From an uncultured delta proteobacterium (GTDB lineage: Bacteria > Desulfobacterota > Binatia > UBA9968): 64,000 bases of DNA. Positions 28,723 to 38,372 of the stretch are shown piece by piece. The position numbers were made by a program, and so were the translations under genes. Location: NCBI GenBank assembly GCA_963727625.1, contig CAVSHR010000004.1:1-64000 (forward strand), in the 5' to 3' direction. Under the pieces are notes generated by a model. That model had not been told where the DNA came from and ran no database searches. It was given only the letters and a program-made list of their open reading frames with translations. Each line of letters starts with the position of its first letter. Position 1 is the stretch's first letter.

Positions 28723-29583
28723 CTACACCAGCGATATCGTAATCACGCCGGTGACGACGGTGATCGTGCCGATCACACTGGCCGCGTCCACCTTTTCAAA
28801 TTCACGCAGGAAGATCGCGCTCAAAATCATCGTCCAGATCGGCGCGGTGGCGGTGATAGGCGAGACGACGACCACCGGGCCGGAAGCGAACGCGTTGAGC
28901 ATCAATAGAATCGCGGCCGTTTCAAACGCGCCGGAGAGCGCGATGGGCCAGAACGCGCGCCGATCCCAGACAAGTTTCTCATCGCAGGCGGGCGAGAGAT
29001 AAAATGCCGTGAACGAGAGCAGCGCCGTCGGGCCGACCAAGGCGGCAAAAAACAACGGCTCGTGAGCTTGCAGGAGCGCGTAACGCCGGAGCGGGTGGAC
29101 CATGGTCGTCAACAGCACGGTGGCGATAGGGTAAAAAAGATAGGCCCACCGGAAGGAGGGAACGCTTTTGTCGATGCGCCACGACGTTAATACAATGCCT
29201 GAAACAATCAAAAGCGTGCCGACCATTCCGGGTAAAGTCAGCGGCTCGCCAAGAAACAAGATGCCCGCAAACACGGTAAGAAACGGATAGGAATTGCGCA
29301 GCGTGACGGCCCTCGCCGTGCCGATCTTGTGAATGCCGGTGTAGTGGAAATGGCGGATCGCTGGCTGCAGTAGTCCGGTGGCGGCGATCGCCAGGACGCC
29401 GGCGATCGCCACTTGCGGAATGCCGCCGGTGACGAATACCGCGGTCCAGAGAACGACGCTATGGATGAGCAATGATACGAAAGTAGCGGTTAGCGGGGTC
29501 GAATACCTGAAGGCCCGCCTCACCGAGGCGTTCGAAACAGCGAAGGCGAAGGCGGTGAGCAAAGCGAAAAGTTGCGCGGACAT
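28723..29583 (-). CDS. EamA/DMT transporter
   Basis: About 10 TM helices, FLGE, GPVVVVSPI, FLRE motifs. Confidence 0.88.
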   Translation of the reverse strand: MSAQLFALLTAFAFAVSNASVRRAFRYSTPLTATFVSLLIHSVVLWTAVFVTGGIPQVAIAGVLAIAATGLLQPAIRHFHYTGIHKIGTARAVTLRNSYPFLTVFAGILFLGEPLTLPGMVGTLLIVSGIVLTSWRIDKSVPSFRWAYLFYPIATVLLTTMVHPLRRYALLQAHEPLFFAALVGPTALLSFTAFYLSPACDEKLVWDRRAFWPIALSGAFETAAILLMLNAFASGPVVVVSPITATAPIWTMILSAIFLREFEKVDAASVIGTITVVTGVITISLV

Positions 29584-29798
29584 GGTTAGCAAGGCAGTAG
29601 GATAAAGGCAAAAAGATGAAATGGGATCCGCTTCAAGTCGGGTTATCTTCCGTGCAAACGATGCGCGCGATTTCGCTTAACTTACATGAGATAGGTTTTC
29701 GGCGAAACCATGCAGGCGATGCCGTTTCTGCCATTGCTTTTTAACCGGCGACAAGGGTAATAAGGGCACCAGGAGCACTCGTAAAATAGGAGGATGCC

Positions 29799-30191
29799 AT
29801 GGCTTTCAGAATCAACCATCTCCATCTCAAGACACCCGATCCAAAAAAGACCGCAGATTTTTACGTCGAGTACGCTGGCGCCAAGGTCGTCAAGGAGACC
29901 CCCCGGCCCGACGGCGGCAAGAACTATCGCCTCGATCTTCACGGCGTGGAGTTAAACGTAACGACATTTTTGGAAGAACAGAAATTGAGCCAGTTTCATG
30001 GCCTCGAGCATGTCGCCATCGACACCAACAACTTCGACGGCGAGGTCGGCAAGATCAAATCCGCCGGCATCAAAATCCTCGAAGAGCGGGTTTTACCCGA
30101 CGGCCGGCGGGTTTGCTTCTTCGAAGGGCCGCAGGGCGTGCGCTTGGAGTTTTTGGAGTGGAAACAAGAGGCCCCGAAGACATTGGAGTAA
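29799..30191 (+). CDS. VOC/glyoxalase family protein
   Basis: INHLHLK, GLEHVAI, FFEGPQGVRLEF. Confidence 0.88.
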   Translation: MAFRINHLHLKTPDPKKTADFYVEYAGAKVVKETPRPDGGKNYRLDLHGVELNVTTFLEEQKLSQFHGLEHVAIDTNNFDGEVGKIKSAGIKILEERVLPDGRRVCFFEGPQGVRLEFLEWKQEAPKTLE

Positions 30192-30244
30192 TGGAGTATG
30201 GGAATGATGGGTTTTTGAAAACTCCAGTACTCCAAGACTCCAAT
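30183..30244. repeat. TGGAGT/ACTCCA repeat hairpin between convergent genes
   Basis: TTGGAGTAATGGAGTATGGGA...ACTCCAGTACTCCAAGACTCCAA. Confidence 0.6.
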
Positions 30245-30253
30245 TTTATGTTT

Positions 30254-31231
30254 TCATTTTTGCTTTAACGCCTTCTCCAGCGGACCATTTTCGCGGAACG
30301 GTTCGGGCCGGCCGATGTATTCTTTGAATTCAGGCCGCGATCGGAGCAAGTCATGAACCACGCTGTCGATGCCTTTATCCGGAACATAGGGCGCGGACTT
30401 GAACAGCCGGGCATAGGATTCGACGGTTTTCATGGTCACGGCCGAATCCTTCTCACGCATCCATTTGGTAAACGACTTCTCCGCAAAGCGGAGATCTTTT
30501 TTGATGCGCAGGATACCGGCGATATAGGCGCGCAAAAGGTCTTGGGTGATTTTTGGCTCGGCGCGGATAAACGCCCGGCTGCTGGTCACGCAGGACGACG
30601 GGTAGACGAGATCGGTGTGGCTTAGGTCGACCAGGACGGGCCAGCCGCGTTGAAGAAACGGGATCGCGTAGCGCGTGTTCAGCGCCGCGGCGGCGATGGC
30701 GCCGCGGTCCAGGGCGGCGACAATCTCCGGGCCGGCGCCCATTTGCAAGATCGTCATGTCACGGTCGGGGTTGAGGCCGACGTGCTTCAGCGCGGCGCGC
30801 AGATAAAAATGCGTCGTCGAGCCGTAACGGGTGACCGCGCTCGCTTGGCCTTTGAGGTCTTGGGCAGATTTAATTTCGGGTCGGGTGATCAAGTAAACCG
30901 GGTCCGCGTCCACCGGACAGGCAAGCAAGATGATGTCGCCGCCGGCGGCGCGAGCCGCGACGACGGACTCGGCCCCCGCGCCAGAGAATGGCAAATTCCC
31001 CGTGATGATCGCTATGGTGATCAACGAGCCGCCGCGGATATGCACCGGTTCGACGTTGAGGCCGTATTTTTCAAAATAGCCGGCGTCTTTGGCGACCCAG
31101 ACCGGCAGGTGGGAAGGCGATGCGGTGGTGCCGTAAAGGATTCGGCGCAGCTCTTCGGCACGGCTCGCGCGGTGATTCGATAATACCGCAGCGAAGATAA
31201 AAACTACCGAAAGCGCGCGGATTGCAATCAT
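30254..31231 (-). CDS. ABC solute-binding protein (NMT1/THI5/SsuA-like)
   Basis: Signal peptide, LPVWVAKDAGYFEKYGL, DLKG..VTRYGS motifs. Confidence 0.88.
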   Translation of the reverse strand: MIAIRALSVVFIFAAVLSNHRASRAEELRRILYGTTASPSHLPVWVAKDAGYFEKYGLNVEPVHIRGGSLITIAIITGNLPFSGAGAESVVAARAAGGDIILLACPVDADPVYLITRPEIKSAQDLKGQASAVTRYGSTTHFYLRAALKHVGLNPDRDMTILQMGAGPEIVAALDRGAIAAAALNTRYAIPFLQRGWPVLVDLSHTDLVYPSSCVTSSRAFIRAEPKITQDLLRAYIAGILRIKKDLRFAEKSFTKWMREKDSAVTMKTVESYARLFKSAPYVPDKGIDSVVHDLLRSRPEFKEYIGRPEPFRENGPLEKALKQK

Positions 31232-32196
31232 GATTTCGGCAGAGCTCTCTCCAGTGGGCTGTTGTCGCGAAATAGCTCCGGGTGGCCGAAAAGTTCCTTC
31301 GGCACCGGGCGCTGACGCGCCAGATCATTGAGGATATTTTCTATCCCCTTGTCCGGAACATTGGGCAGGGGCTTGAATAAACGGACAAACGCTTCGATCG
31401 ACTTGGTTAAATTGGCGGACTCTTTTGCCTTTAGCCATTTGACCAACGTTCGTTCAGCGAGTTTGTGATCCTTCTTGATCAGGCGGATGGCGCTCACGTA
31501 GGCGTTCAGAAATGCGTTGACGGTTTTCGGGTCGGTTTTGACAAACGCCCGCGTGCTGGTTACGCACGACGATGGATAGACAAGATCGGATTTGCTCAAA
31601 TCGACGAGCACCGGCCAACCGCGCTGCATGAAGGGCAAAACATCTTTTATAGTCAGCGCGGCCGCTGCGATTCGCCCGGCTTCGAGCGCGCTGGTAATCT
31701 CTGGGCTCCCGCCCAACTGCAGCAGCGTCATTTCCTTATCGGAATCCACCCCAACCATTCTTAACGCCGACCGTAGATAAAAATGGATTGACGAATTTCG
31801 CCGGGTGATTCCGGCGGCTTTACCCTTGAGATCGGCTGCGGAGTTGATCTCCGGCCGGGTGATGAGATAGACGGGCTCCAGGTCGGCGGGACACGCGAGC
31901 AGCACAATGTCGCCGCCCTCGACGCGGGCGGCGACAACCGATCCGGCGCCTATCCCCGAAAGCACCGACTGGCCGCTCATGATGGCCATGGTGCTGACCG
32001 CGCCGCCGCGGATCTGCACCGGTTCGATGTTCAAACCGTTCCTGGCAAAGAGGCCTGTGTCCTGGGCGACCCACACGGGGAGATGCGAAAAGGAAGTCGA
32101 GACACCGTAAAGAATCCGTCTCGGCTGCTGCGAATGGGCCGGGGCTTGGCTTGCCAGCAATAGGACAACAATCGAAACTAACCGAGCAATATTCAT
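31228..32196 (-). CDS. ABC solute-binding protein (NMT1/THI5/SsuA-like), tandem paralog
   Basis: Shares LPVWVA, LLACP, GWPVLVDLS, YPSSCVTS with the adjacent gene. Confidence 0.88.
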   Translation of the reverse strand: MNIARLVSIVVLLLASQAPAHSQQPRRILYGVSTSFSHLPVWVAQDTGLFARNGLNIEPVQIRGGAVSTMAIMSGQSVLSGIGAGSVVAARVEGGDIVLLACPADLEPVYLITRPEINSAADLKGKAAGITRRNSSIHFYLRSALRMVGVDSDKEMTLLQLGGSPEITSALEAGRIAAAALTIKDVLPFMQRGWPVLVDLSKSDLVYPSSCVTSTRAFVKTDPKTVNAFLNAYVSAIRLIKKDHKLAERTLVKWLKAKESANLTKSIEAFVRLFKPLPNVPDKGIENILNDLARQRPVPKELFGHPELFRDNSPLERALPKS

Positions 32197-32485
32197 CAGT
32201 GGGAAAGCGCTTTCTCCAGCGGTCCGTTGTCGCGGAAGAGATCGGGCCGATTCAAGATCTCTTTCGGCACCGGCCGTCGGTCCATGAGGTCATTTATAAC
32301 GTTCGCGAGGCTATTGCCAGGCGCATGCAGAGCGGTTTGCACCCCTTCCGATAAGCTTCGGCGCAGCGGTCACCAGCGCCCCGGGACCGGGAAACTGCGG
32401 TTGGCGGTTCTGTTGCCCCTGGTGATCAGCGAGCCGCCGCGAATTCGCACCGGATCGACAGCAAGACCGGTTTTTTCGAAGTAGT
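32196..32485 (-). pseudogene. Internally deleted third paralog of the tandem SBPs
   Basis: Minus-strand pieces YFEKTGLAVDPVRIRGGSLIT and VPKEILNRPDLFRDNGPLEKALSH match the N- and C-termini of the neighbours. Confidence 0.65.
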
Positions 32486-32626
32486 GGGTGACTTTTGCTC
32501 GGCTACAGCGGCGAATGCGCCGGGGATCTGATCTGTGGTCGTGAATGCGACGAAGATCTTGGGCAGCTGCAGTAAAAGCTTAAGACCCATGGCGAGCGCC
32601 GCGAAAAGTTTAATTCCAACCGAATT

Positions 32627-33100
32627 TTAGGACTTGCCAAAACAGTTTGCCTCCGCTGCTTCCTGATCGAAGGGCACGAATTGATTTGTTCCCGGACCGC
32701 GGATCGCCGGTGTTTCACCGTCATCAAATAGCGCGGCGGCGCTGGCACCGGCACGCCCGCCGATCAGTCCGGGAGAGTGAGCCTCAGCGACGGTGGCGTC
32801 TTTGTCCGAGCGGTTGAACGCCCAGTGAACCGTATTGGCCGGGATGCGATGGAAGTCGCCTTTTTTACAGAGATATCCTTGGTCTTTGACGAAAAACCAG
32901 ATTTCGCCGTCCAGGACATAATTGATCTGTTCGGACTCGTGTTGGTGCGGCTTGGTGTGATAGCCCGGCCGTCTGGTGGCGATCATCAGGCTGCATTCGT
33001 TGCCGTAACCTTTGCGCACGACCATGGCGCCGGTGCCGGCTTCGCCGCTTTGGACGCGGTTGTATTCGGGAACATCGGTGCTTTTGACATGTAGGGACAT
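32627..33100 (-). CDS. Cupin domain protein
   Basis: PHQHESEQINYVLDG and GD..RIPANTVH cupin motifs. Confidence 0.88.
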   Translation of the reverse strand: MSLHVKSTDVPEYNRVQSGEAGTGAMVVRKGYGNECSLMIATRRPGYHTKPHQHESEQINYVLDGEIWFFVKDQGYLCKKGDFHRIPANTVHWAFNRSDKDATVAEAHSPGLIGGRAGASAAALFDDGETPAIRGPGTNQFVPFDQEAAEANCFGKS

Positions 33101-33233
33101 AACGGTACCTCCTCGGACTTTAAGATTGAATGGCTTCCTTCGTATGACAGCTACAGCCATTGGTCAAGCCGCATGAGCGTGGTTTATTTCTTCCCTATAA
33201 GTTTAAGTGGGCGGGATGAACTGCCGTTGACAG

Positions 33234-33452
33234 GTGATGGCTTTGGGAAGTAAAGGGAATGGCGTGATGGCGGTGAAGTTACCCTTGCTGTTGCTGATCG
33301 TCCTCTTAGCTCCGGGTCTCGGCGACCGGGCGACCAGCGAAAAATTGACAATTGCCCACGTCGCGATGAATCCCAGTCAAGGTATGCTTCACTTGGCCAA
33401 GGATTTCGGGATACTGGCGAAGTACGGCTTCATCGACGGGCTGAATAAATAA
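33234..33452 (+). pseudogene. N-terminal fragment of an ABC solute-binding protein
   Basis: Signal peptide plus EKLTIAHVAMNP...LAKDFGILAKYG, then premature stop. Confidence 0.55.
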
Positions 33453-33465
33453 AGAGGAGGATTGA

Positions 33466-33834
33466 GTGATGGCACAGATCCGGCATATTGCGATCAAGGT
33501 GGAGGACCAGGAGAAGTGCGCGGAGTTTTACAAGCAGACCTTCGGCATGACCGAAGCATGGCGCGGCCCGGTGCGCGACGACGGCAACCGAGCGATTTAC
33601 CTCACTGACGGTTACATCAACATGGCGGTATTGCCGGCGCGCGGAGGCCGGGAAGGGATCGATCACTTCGGCTTTCAAGTGGATAACATGGACGAGACGC
33701 TCAAAACTGCGCAGGCCACCGGCGCCAAGAACGAAGCGGACAAAAAGCCGCGCGACGGCCGTTTCGCCGAAATGGGCGTCCGCGACCCGGTGGGCCAACT
33801 TGTGGACGTCACCGTGCATGGCTGGAAGTCCTAG
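33466..33834 (+). CDS. VOC/glyoxalase family protein
   Basis: IRHIAI, YLTDGYINMA, GIDHFGF, RDPVGQLVD. Confidence 0.88.
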   Translation: MMAQIRHIAIKVEDQEKCAEFYKQTFGMTEAWRGPVRDDGNRAIYLTDGYINMAVLPARGGREGIDHFGFQVDNMDETLKTAQATGAKNEADKKPRDGRFAEMGVRDPVGQLVDVTVHGWKS

Positions 33835-34272
33835 CGTTTCGAGACGCGCGAAAAGATAATAAAGCCGCTCGCGCGCTAGTGTAGACCGCCGGGCGGTATT
33901 TTTGTACCCGGTCGCAGCGATCGTTTGTGCGTCGGTCGCTTAAGACAGGCATTTGGATAGCAAATTAAGGCAATGTCCATCAGTAGGTTAAGCGTCCGCT
34001 TTATGAGCTTGAATTGACCTGAATGACTGTAACGCGAACGGTCCCATTCGGCGCGGTGTAATGTCGGTACCGAGCTTCAACCATTCCAATTTAATCTCTG
34101 TTCGTCAAACCGTGCTTCCGGGTCGAGTGTGCTTACGATCGCTTGTCGCAGGATCCATTGAGACAAAAGTCTTCATTCACTCCGCTCACCGAAAGACTCC
34201 GAACAAATACAGTTTTGATGACAAACTGCCTGTCATTTTCCGAATTCCCGAGCTTTTCACGGTTCAGGATCG

Positions 34273-35292
34273 ATGATATTTTGCCTGCAACCAACTGCCG
34301 AGAGATCGTGCACTACCGTCGTGGATTCCTTCGAGAACAATGCAGATTTTGCGGCTAGCGCCGCGCGCGGCTTCATCGTCGGTGTACCTCGCTCTGGAAC
34401 CACGTTGCTCATGAACCTTGTGGCGGGGCACCCGCAAATCGCGCCGGTTTACGAGACCGGTTACTTGCGGAATCTCTTGCTGCTTTGCGAGCGGGTTTCG
34501 CGCGGGTCGAACGGCGGATGGCGCGAGAAAATCTTGTTCCGGATGGGCCGTCATCTTCCCGGCGTTGGCTTGGACAAGATCGCTAAACAATTCGTCGGCA
34601 AGGTGCTGCCCTACTACCAACCGACGAGCACGACCGAACGCGGTAAAACCAGGGACGAATTTTTTCCCTTCGGCAACCTTTGCATCGAATACAATTTTTG
34701 CGAGCTCGTGCGCGAGACTCAACGCTTCGTCGACGGTCTGGTGGCGGGCGACGGCGCGGCCATCGATCCCTTTGTTTTGGGCCGGCGCTACATCGACCGG
34801 CTGTTTGCGATTCATTGCTCGCGGATGAACCGGCCCTTCTGGGTCAACAAGACGCCGAGCCTGGTGCGCCGGCTTGATTTGCTGCGCAAGATGTATCCCG
34901 AATGTGCCATCATTCATATCCTGCGCGACGGGCGGGATGTGGCGTTGTCGACGGTTTCAATGCGGCAGGGCCCGAATAATGTGCGCGACGCGGCGCGCCG
35001 GTGGAAGGACATGATTCTAAGCAGTCGTCGTCTCGATCGTCATCACCGCTATCTGGAAATCCGGTATGAAAACTTGATTGACATGCCGGACCAAGCCATG
35101 GCCGCGGTTTTCACTTTGCTCGACGTAGAGGCGCGCGCCACCCTTAGCCTGCCCGGCTTGGAAATCTACCGGCATCGGGAAAAAATTTGGCGCGATGGCC
35201 TCACTAAGAAAGATAAAATCGAGTTTGCCAATGAAGCCGGCGATTTGCTCATCGAGCTCGGATATGAAAAAGATGATCGTTGGGTGAGATGA
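34273..35292 (+). CDS. PAPS-dependent sulfotransferase family protein
   Basis: IVGVPRSGTTLL (5'-PSB), KTP, LRDGRDVALS (3'-PB), RYENL. Confidence 0.88.
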   Translation: MIFCLQPTAERSCTTVVDSFENNADFAASAARGFIVGVPRSGTTLLMNLVAGHPQIAPVYETGYLRNLLLLCERVSRGSNGGWREKILFRMGRHLPGVGLDKIAKQFVGKVLPYYQPTSTTERGKTRDEFFPFGNLCIEYNFCELVRETQRFVDGLVAGDGAAIDPFVLGRRYIDRLFAIHCSRMNRPFWVNKTPSLVRRLDLLRKMYPECAIIHILRDGRDVALSTVSMRQGPNNVRDAARRWKDMILSSRRLDRHHRYLEIRYENLIDMPDQAMAAVFTLLDVEARATLSLPGLEIYRHREKIWRDGLTKKDKIEFANEAGDLLIELGYEKDDRWVR

Positions 35293-35459
35293 TGGCTGGA
35301 AACCTCCACGTGATTGTTTAGCGGAAAAGAACCGTAAGCATTCGCTGGCCCCATCGCCGATATCTGTGGGAGTGATTTTGATTCATCCATCAGACCTAAT
35401 GAGAGACGATCAGCTTAACTCCGGTTAGTCAAAATAATCTGATAATTTTTGGGGGGAAT

Positions 35460-36458
35460 ATGAAAGCTTTAGCAATAGTCCTTGCGGGGTTTGTCTATTT
35501 TTTAACTTCGCTGGTTTTGCCGCTGAGAGCCGCCGATACCAAGCTGGTGATCGCCCACGGCGCGATTAGCAATAACGTGGAGCCACTATGGATCGCCAAG
35601 GAGCAGGGCATTTTCAAAAAATATGGTTTGGACGTGGAATTGGTCTTCATCATTGCCGGGCGGGCGATGCAAGCGATGCTGGCGGGCCAAGTTCAGGTCG
35701 GGCTGGTCGGCGGCACGCATGTGACCAACGCCAACACGGCCGGCGGCGACTTTCGCATGATTTTGGGCTTGGAGAACCGGCTCGATTACCTCTTCGTGGC
35801 CAAACCGACGATTAAGAGCGGCGAGGATCTGAAAGGCAAGAAGGTCGCTATCGGCACGCCGTCCGGGTCGGCTTCGCTGGCGACCTATGTCGCCCTCAAC
35901 CATCTTGGGCTGGTGCCGCGGCGCGACAATATCGTCCTATTGGGTGTTGGAGGAGTACCCGAGCGCATGAGCGCGCTGCGATCGGGCGCCGTCGAGGCTA
36001 CGAGTTTATCGCCCGAAATCGGCCAAGTGATCGTGAGCGAGGGCTATCGCGTCATGGTCGATCTGGGAAAAGAAAACGTGCCGTTTCAGTCTTCCGGCCT
36101 TGTGGTGCCGCGCAGTCTGATCAAAACCAATCCCCAAATGGTCGAGAATATCGCCAAGGCAACCGTCGAGGGCACGGCGTTCGTGCATAACCCGGCCAAC
36201 AAGGAGATCGTCATGAAGAGCCTCGGCCGCAACCTGCGCCTGGATAAACCGGAGCGGCTGGAAAAAGCCTACCAAGGGCTGATTGCCGGGTTGCCGAAGA
36301 AACCATGCCCGTCGATGGAGGGCGTTGTCTCCATGCTCAAGTTGCTGGCGCAGTATCGACTCAATCCAAAAGCGGCGCAGGTGAAACCGGAAGATATCGT
36401 CGATATGTCCTACTGCAAGAGATTTGAAGAAAGCGGATTCTTCAAAAGACTGTACTGA
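35460..36458 (+). CDS. ABC solute-binding protein (NMT1/THI5/SsuA-like)
   Basis: Signal peptide, PLWIAKEQGIFKKYGLDVEL, DLKGKKVAIG. Confidence 0.88.
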   Translation: MKALAIVLAGFVYFLTSLVLPLRAADTKLVIAHGAISNNVEPLWIAKEQGIFKKYGLDVELVFIIAGRAMQAMLAGQVQVGLVGGTHVTNANTAGGDFRMILGLENRLDYLFVAKPTIKSGEDLKGKKVAIGTPSGSASLATYVALNHLGLVPRRDNIVLLGVGGVPERMSALRSGAVEATSLSPEIGQVIVSEGYRVMVDLGKENVPFQSSGLVVPRSLIKTNPQMVENIAKATVEGTAFVHNPANKEIVMKSLGRNLRLDKPERLEKAYQGLIAGLPKKPCPSMEGVVSMLKLLAQYRLNPKAAQVKPEDIVDMSYCKRFEESGFFKRLY

Positions 36459-36640
36459 TCTTTGCGCTGAACGATCCTTCTAGGGTTTTGCCGGCCCGAC
36501 AATCCCTTGCGCTCATTTCGCGCGCAGCGTATCCGCCGTTTTATCCGCGGTCCGGCCGGTGATAGGGTCTATGTTGACGCTAAAAACCAGATCGGATATT
36601 TTCGCGAAATTGTCGCAGAAGCAGAGGAGAATATTTTAGT

Positions 36641-38251
36641 ATGGCGTATTTTGATTTACACCAACACCTCAAAACTCTTGAGGAACACGGCCTCTTGAGA
36701 CGGGTCACGAGGCTGATCAACAAAGACACGGAGCTTCACCCGTTGGTCCGCTGGCAGTATCGCGGTCTGACCGAAGAGGACCGCAAGGCCTGGCTGTTTG
36801 AAAACGTCACCGACGCTAAAGGCAAGCGCTACACGATGCCCGTGGTGGTCGGCGCCTTGGCGGGCAAGCCGGAGATTTATTATCTCGGTATGGGTTGCAG
36901 CAGCGCAGCGGAGATGGACGCGCTCTGGAAGAAGGCCTTGGCTGAGCCGATCAACCCGGTTGCCGTGACCAAGGCAAAATGCCAGGAAGTGGTGATTCAA
37001 GGCGATGAGCTGGACAAGGAAGGCAATGGTCTGGATCGCTTTCCGGTGCCGATCTCCACCCCTGGGTTCGACAACGGCCCCTACACGACCTGCTCACACT
37101 GGATTACCGCGGATCTTGACACTGGAATTCAGAACATCGGTAACTACCGCGGCGAGATCAAAGCGGGACGGCGCGTCGGTGTGTTCCCGTCCGGATTGGG
37201 CCAGGACGTTTATCTGCATTGGAAAAAGGCCCAGGAAAAGGGTGTTCATCTGCCGGCCGCGTTGGTCATCGGCGCGCCGCCGATCGTGTCTTACGTCTCG
37301 GTGCAAAAAATTCCGTACGGTGTCGACGAGATGGGTGTGGCCGGTGGACTGGCGGGCGAGCCCATCCCCATGGTCAAGTGCAAGACCCACGACATCATGG
37401 TGCCCGCGGACGCCGAGATCGTCATCGAAGGATACTTGAACACGGAATATATCGAGCCGGAAGGACCGTTTGGCGAGTCGCATGGCTATATGCATCCACG
37501 CCAGCTCAATCCGTTCATGGACGTGACCGCGATCACCCACCGCAAGGACGCGATCTACGTTTCATGGCTCAGCCAGTTGACGCCCAGCGAATCCTCGGTG
37601 ATTCGCAAAATTGGCTATGATCGGCTGATGCTGGTGCATCTGCGTGACGAATGCCGCATCACCAGCGTGCTGCGCGTCGAGATGCACGAGCCGTTGACCA
37701 ACACTTACAAGTTGGTCATCATCCAAATGCGCCGGCCCAACGAAGCGGAAGTCTGGCGCGCTTTGCACGCCGCCTGTTCATTTCATCCCGGCGTCGGCAA
37801 GATCGTGGTCGCGGTCGACGAAGACATCGATCCGTCCAACGAGGCGGCGGTGTTTTGGGCGATGTGCTATCGCATGAAGCCGCACAAGGACGTGCAGATC
37901 TTCCCCGGCATGGAGAAGGGGCACGCCCCGCCTTTTCTCTACGAGCATGAGACCAAGGGCACCGACGTGGTTTCCTATCATTTGCCGGCGGATGAATCGG
38001 CGATGCTGTGCAACGCGATTCTCAAAGAACCTTTTCCTCCGGTTTCGCTGCCTAAGCGCGAATACATGGAAAACGCGCGCAAGATATGGGAAGAATTGGA
38101 GTTGCCCAAACTCAGACCGCAGATGCCCTGGTTCGGTTATTCGCTCGGTCAGTGGAGCGACGAGCTCGATCAAGAAGCTGAGCTTGCCGTGCAAGGCCGT
38201 CATTTCGAGACCGGCGAGAAACTCAAGGCCGGTAGAGTTAAAGTCAGATAA
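36641..38251 (+). CDS. UbiD-family prFMN-dependent decarboxylase
   Basis: NIGNYR, VPADAEIVIEG, EPEGPFGE, VDEDIDP motifs. Confidence 0.92.
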   Translation: MAYFDLHQHLKTLEEHGLLRRVTRLINKDTELHPLVRWQYRGLTEEDRKAWLFENVTDAKGKRYTMPVVVGALAGKPEIYYLGMGCSSAAEMDALWKKALAEPINPVAVTKAKCQEVVIQGDELDKEGNGLDRFPVPISTPGFDNGPYTTCSHWITADLDTGIQNIGNYRGEIKAGRRVGVFPSGLGQDVYLHWKKAQEKGVHLPAALVIGAPPIVSYVSVQKIPYGVDEMGVAGGLAGEPIPMVKCKTHDIMVPADAEIVIEGYLNTEYIEPEGPFGESHGYMHPRQLNPFMDVTAITHRKDAIYVSWLSQLTPSESSVIRKIGYDRLMLVHLRDECRITSVLRVEMHEPLTNTYKLVIIQMRRPNEAEVWRALHAACSFHPGVGKIVVAVDEDIDPSNEAAVFWAMCYRMKPHKDVQIFPGMEKGHAPPFLYEHETKGTDVVSYHLPADESAMLCNAILKEPFPPVSLPKREYMENARKIWEELELPKLRPQMPWFGYSLGQWSDELDQEAELAVQGRHFETGEKLKAGRVKVR

Positions 38252-38268
38252 ATAAATTAGCGAAGCTC

Positions 38269-38355
38269 GTTCAAGCCGTTCAAATCGTTCAAGTAGTTCA
38301 AGCCGTTCGCGGTTCGGACGTTTGAAACGATTTGCGCGGCTTGAACTTTTTGAAC
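38269..38355. repeat. GTTCAA x4 / TTGAAC inverted repeat tract between convergent genes
   Basis: 9-nt-period GTTCAA units followed by reverse-complement TTGAAC units. Confidence 0.65.
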
Positions 38356-38372
38356 ATCCTTTCTACGGAACG

